Shown here: in pieces, positions 62,792 to 64,000 of the stretch | Layout of the letters: every line of letters starts with the position of its first letter | Position numbering within the stretch: the stretch's first letter is position 1 | Assembly (NCBI GenBank): GCA_949358305.1 | Contig: OX442314.1 | Coordinates: forward strand, 24,614,001 to 24,678,000 | DNA: 64,000 bases | Direction: 5' to 3' | Origin: Strigamia acuminata | Taxonomy: Eukaryota | Made by a program: the position numbers and the translations under genes | The notes under the pieces: model-generated | What the model saw: the letters and a program-made list of their open reading frames with translations, nothing else | The model's database searches: none | Told to the model about the DNA's origin: nothing

Positions 62792-63250
62792 AAATTAAGC
62801 GAGCGTTAATTACACCCTGTTGAAAGAGTATAAGATTCTAACTTGACTTTATAAAACCCACAAGTACTCTTCCGCAAACTTTCTAATTAGAAACTATTGT
62901 ACAATTAATGAAAATTGTTTTATCAACGATTGTCTGAACAAATTGAAATAGGCTTTAATATTTCCTCTGGTGAAGGAACTAACTTATCTCTGTATTTAGT
63001 CAAAAGATTTAGTTAATTATTTGTTAAAAGATGGCAAGGAGATCGATTTGTCCCAGCTCATTAACACCTAATTAAAAGAGTCACTTCTTTCTCCCTTTAT
63101 TTGCTAATGCTAAAACTATCCACAAACCGGAGTCAGGGACTAAAACTCTTTCACTATCGAAAATATGAAGTCAACAATTGTCACTTATAAACAACTATTG
63201 GCCAATTCGTTTTAAAATAATTATTCTTCTTCAAAAGTTAAACGTGACTA

Positions 63251-63336
63251 CCATATCTTTTATGATTTTCTGAGACGCACTTATTAACATAAACATCTCT
63301 AAAAACGGGGCGCGTCTTACAATCGAAGAAATACAG
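63251..63336. mobile_element. Short degenerate mariner-type MITE adjoining the next element across a TA
   Basis: CCATATCTTTTATGATT..GAGACGCA versus GCGTCTTACAATCGAAGAAATACAG|TA. Confidence 0.45.
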
Positions 63337-63338
63337 TA

Positions 63339-63570
63339 CCGTATTTTATCGATTAAGAGCCGCGACTCTTATTCAAAACTGCCGTTTTTGTCAGCAATTA
63401 CAATTTTTCGTTTGTTACATTTGTTTGATGTAACAAACAAAGTCCGAACGTCACGAACGAAGCGTACGTTCATCGTTCGTGAGGTTAAATACGGAAACAA
63501 CACCGTACTTTTGCAAAAATACAGTAATCTTGGTGTCTCAGCCGCGGCTACAATTCGAGGGCGACTCTTA
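63339..63570. mobile_element. Inverted, 3'-truncated paralogue of 27909-28486, lacking the nested insertion
   Basis: TA|CCGTATTTTATCGATTAAGAGCCGC... is colinear with the reverse complement of the 28-kb copy. Confidence 0.85.
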
Positions 63571-64000
63571 CTAAATCCCCAAGTGTTGCTGGCAAGCCCG
63601 CCCTCAGCATCTGCAAAACCCAAGAAACATCAAATCCAGCCGATCATCATCCAACTAAACTAGAACAAGCTAAAAAAAAATATTTAAAAAACGCCATCCA
63701 ACTCGAGTTCGCGAACCGGCAACAGTTTGTTGAAAACGGTCCACAATTGCGCATGCTTTTCTTTTAATCGGGCTGAAAAGAAAAAAGAAAACCTTTGCGT
63801 GTCGTGTTTTGGCTGTGTGACTGGCAAGTTGCCTTCACAGCCAACGACTTTCCATTTGTATCGATTCCGACGAGAGACTTGCCGTAGGCTCGACAAACCG
63901 AGCGCAAACTCAGAAACAAAAGGAGCGTCGTCTGTCGGTCCAAAACCACATCGGTTTGAGAGAAAAGGCAAGACAGACGCTAAGGTAACGACGCAGAACT

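Noticed and set aside
63684..63772. Minus-strand acceptor followed by a short open frame (RLKEKHAQLW...DGVF)
   Set aside because: No recognisable homology or poly(A) context. It cannot be distinguished from chance.
63801..63848. Short hairpin containing TCACAGCCA (miR-2-like seed)
   Set aside because: The stem is too short and bulged, and the rest does not match the miR-2 family.

Overview
This is AT-rich eukaryotic DNA, most consistent with an invertebrate or arthropod-like genome; I cannot name the species. It is almost entirely non-coding, either a large intron or regulatory intergenic DNA. The only convincing protein-coding sequence is a complete 5,951-bp BEL/Pao LTR retrotransposon (39567-45517, + strand). 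It has one intact gag-pol ORF, two 329-bp LTRs that look identical, a 5-bp TSD (ACGTC) and a perfect 18-nt tRNA-Phe primer-binding site. Its cis-elements are unusual: the LTRs run TG...AA rather than TG...CA, there is no recognisable polypurine tract (a hairpin plus CGGCCCCAG sits there instead), and the ORF stops inside the 3' LTR. The rest of the window holds at least 25 non-autonomous DNA-transposon derivatives (MITEs with TA, TTAA, 8-bp, TWA, ANT and TCA target duplications). Many are nested, and several have empty-site paralogues within the window. There are also MITE-borne tandem arrays and microsatellites. A CpG-rich candidate host promoter and first exon lies at about 23.9-24.1 kb, with an exactly spaced Inr+DPE. 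No host protein, tRNA, rRNA, known miRNA or CRISPR array could be recognised. All alignments were done by eye.
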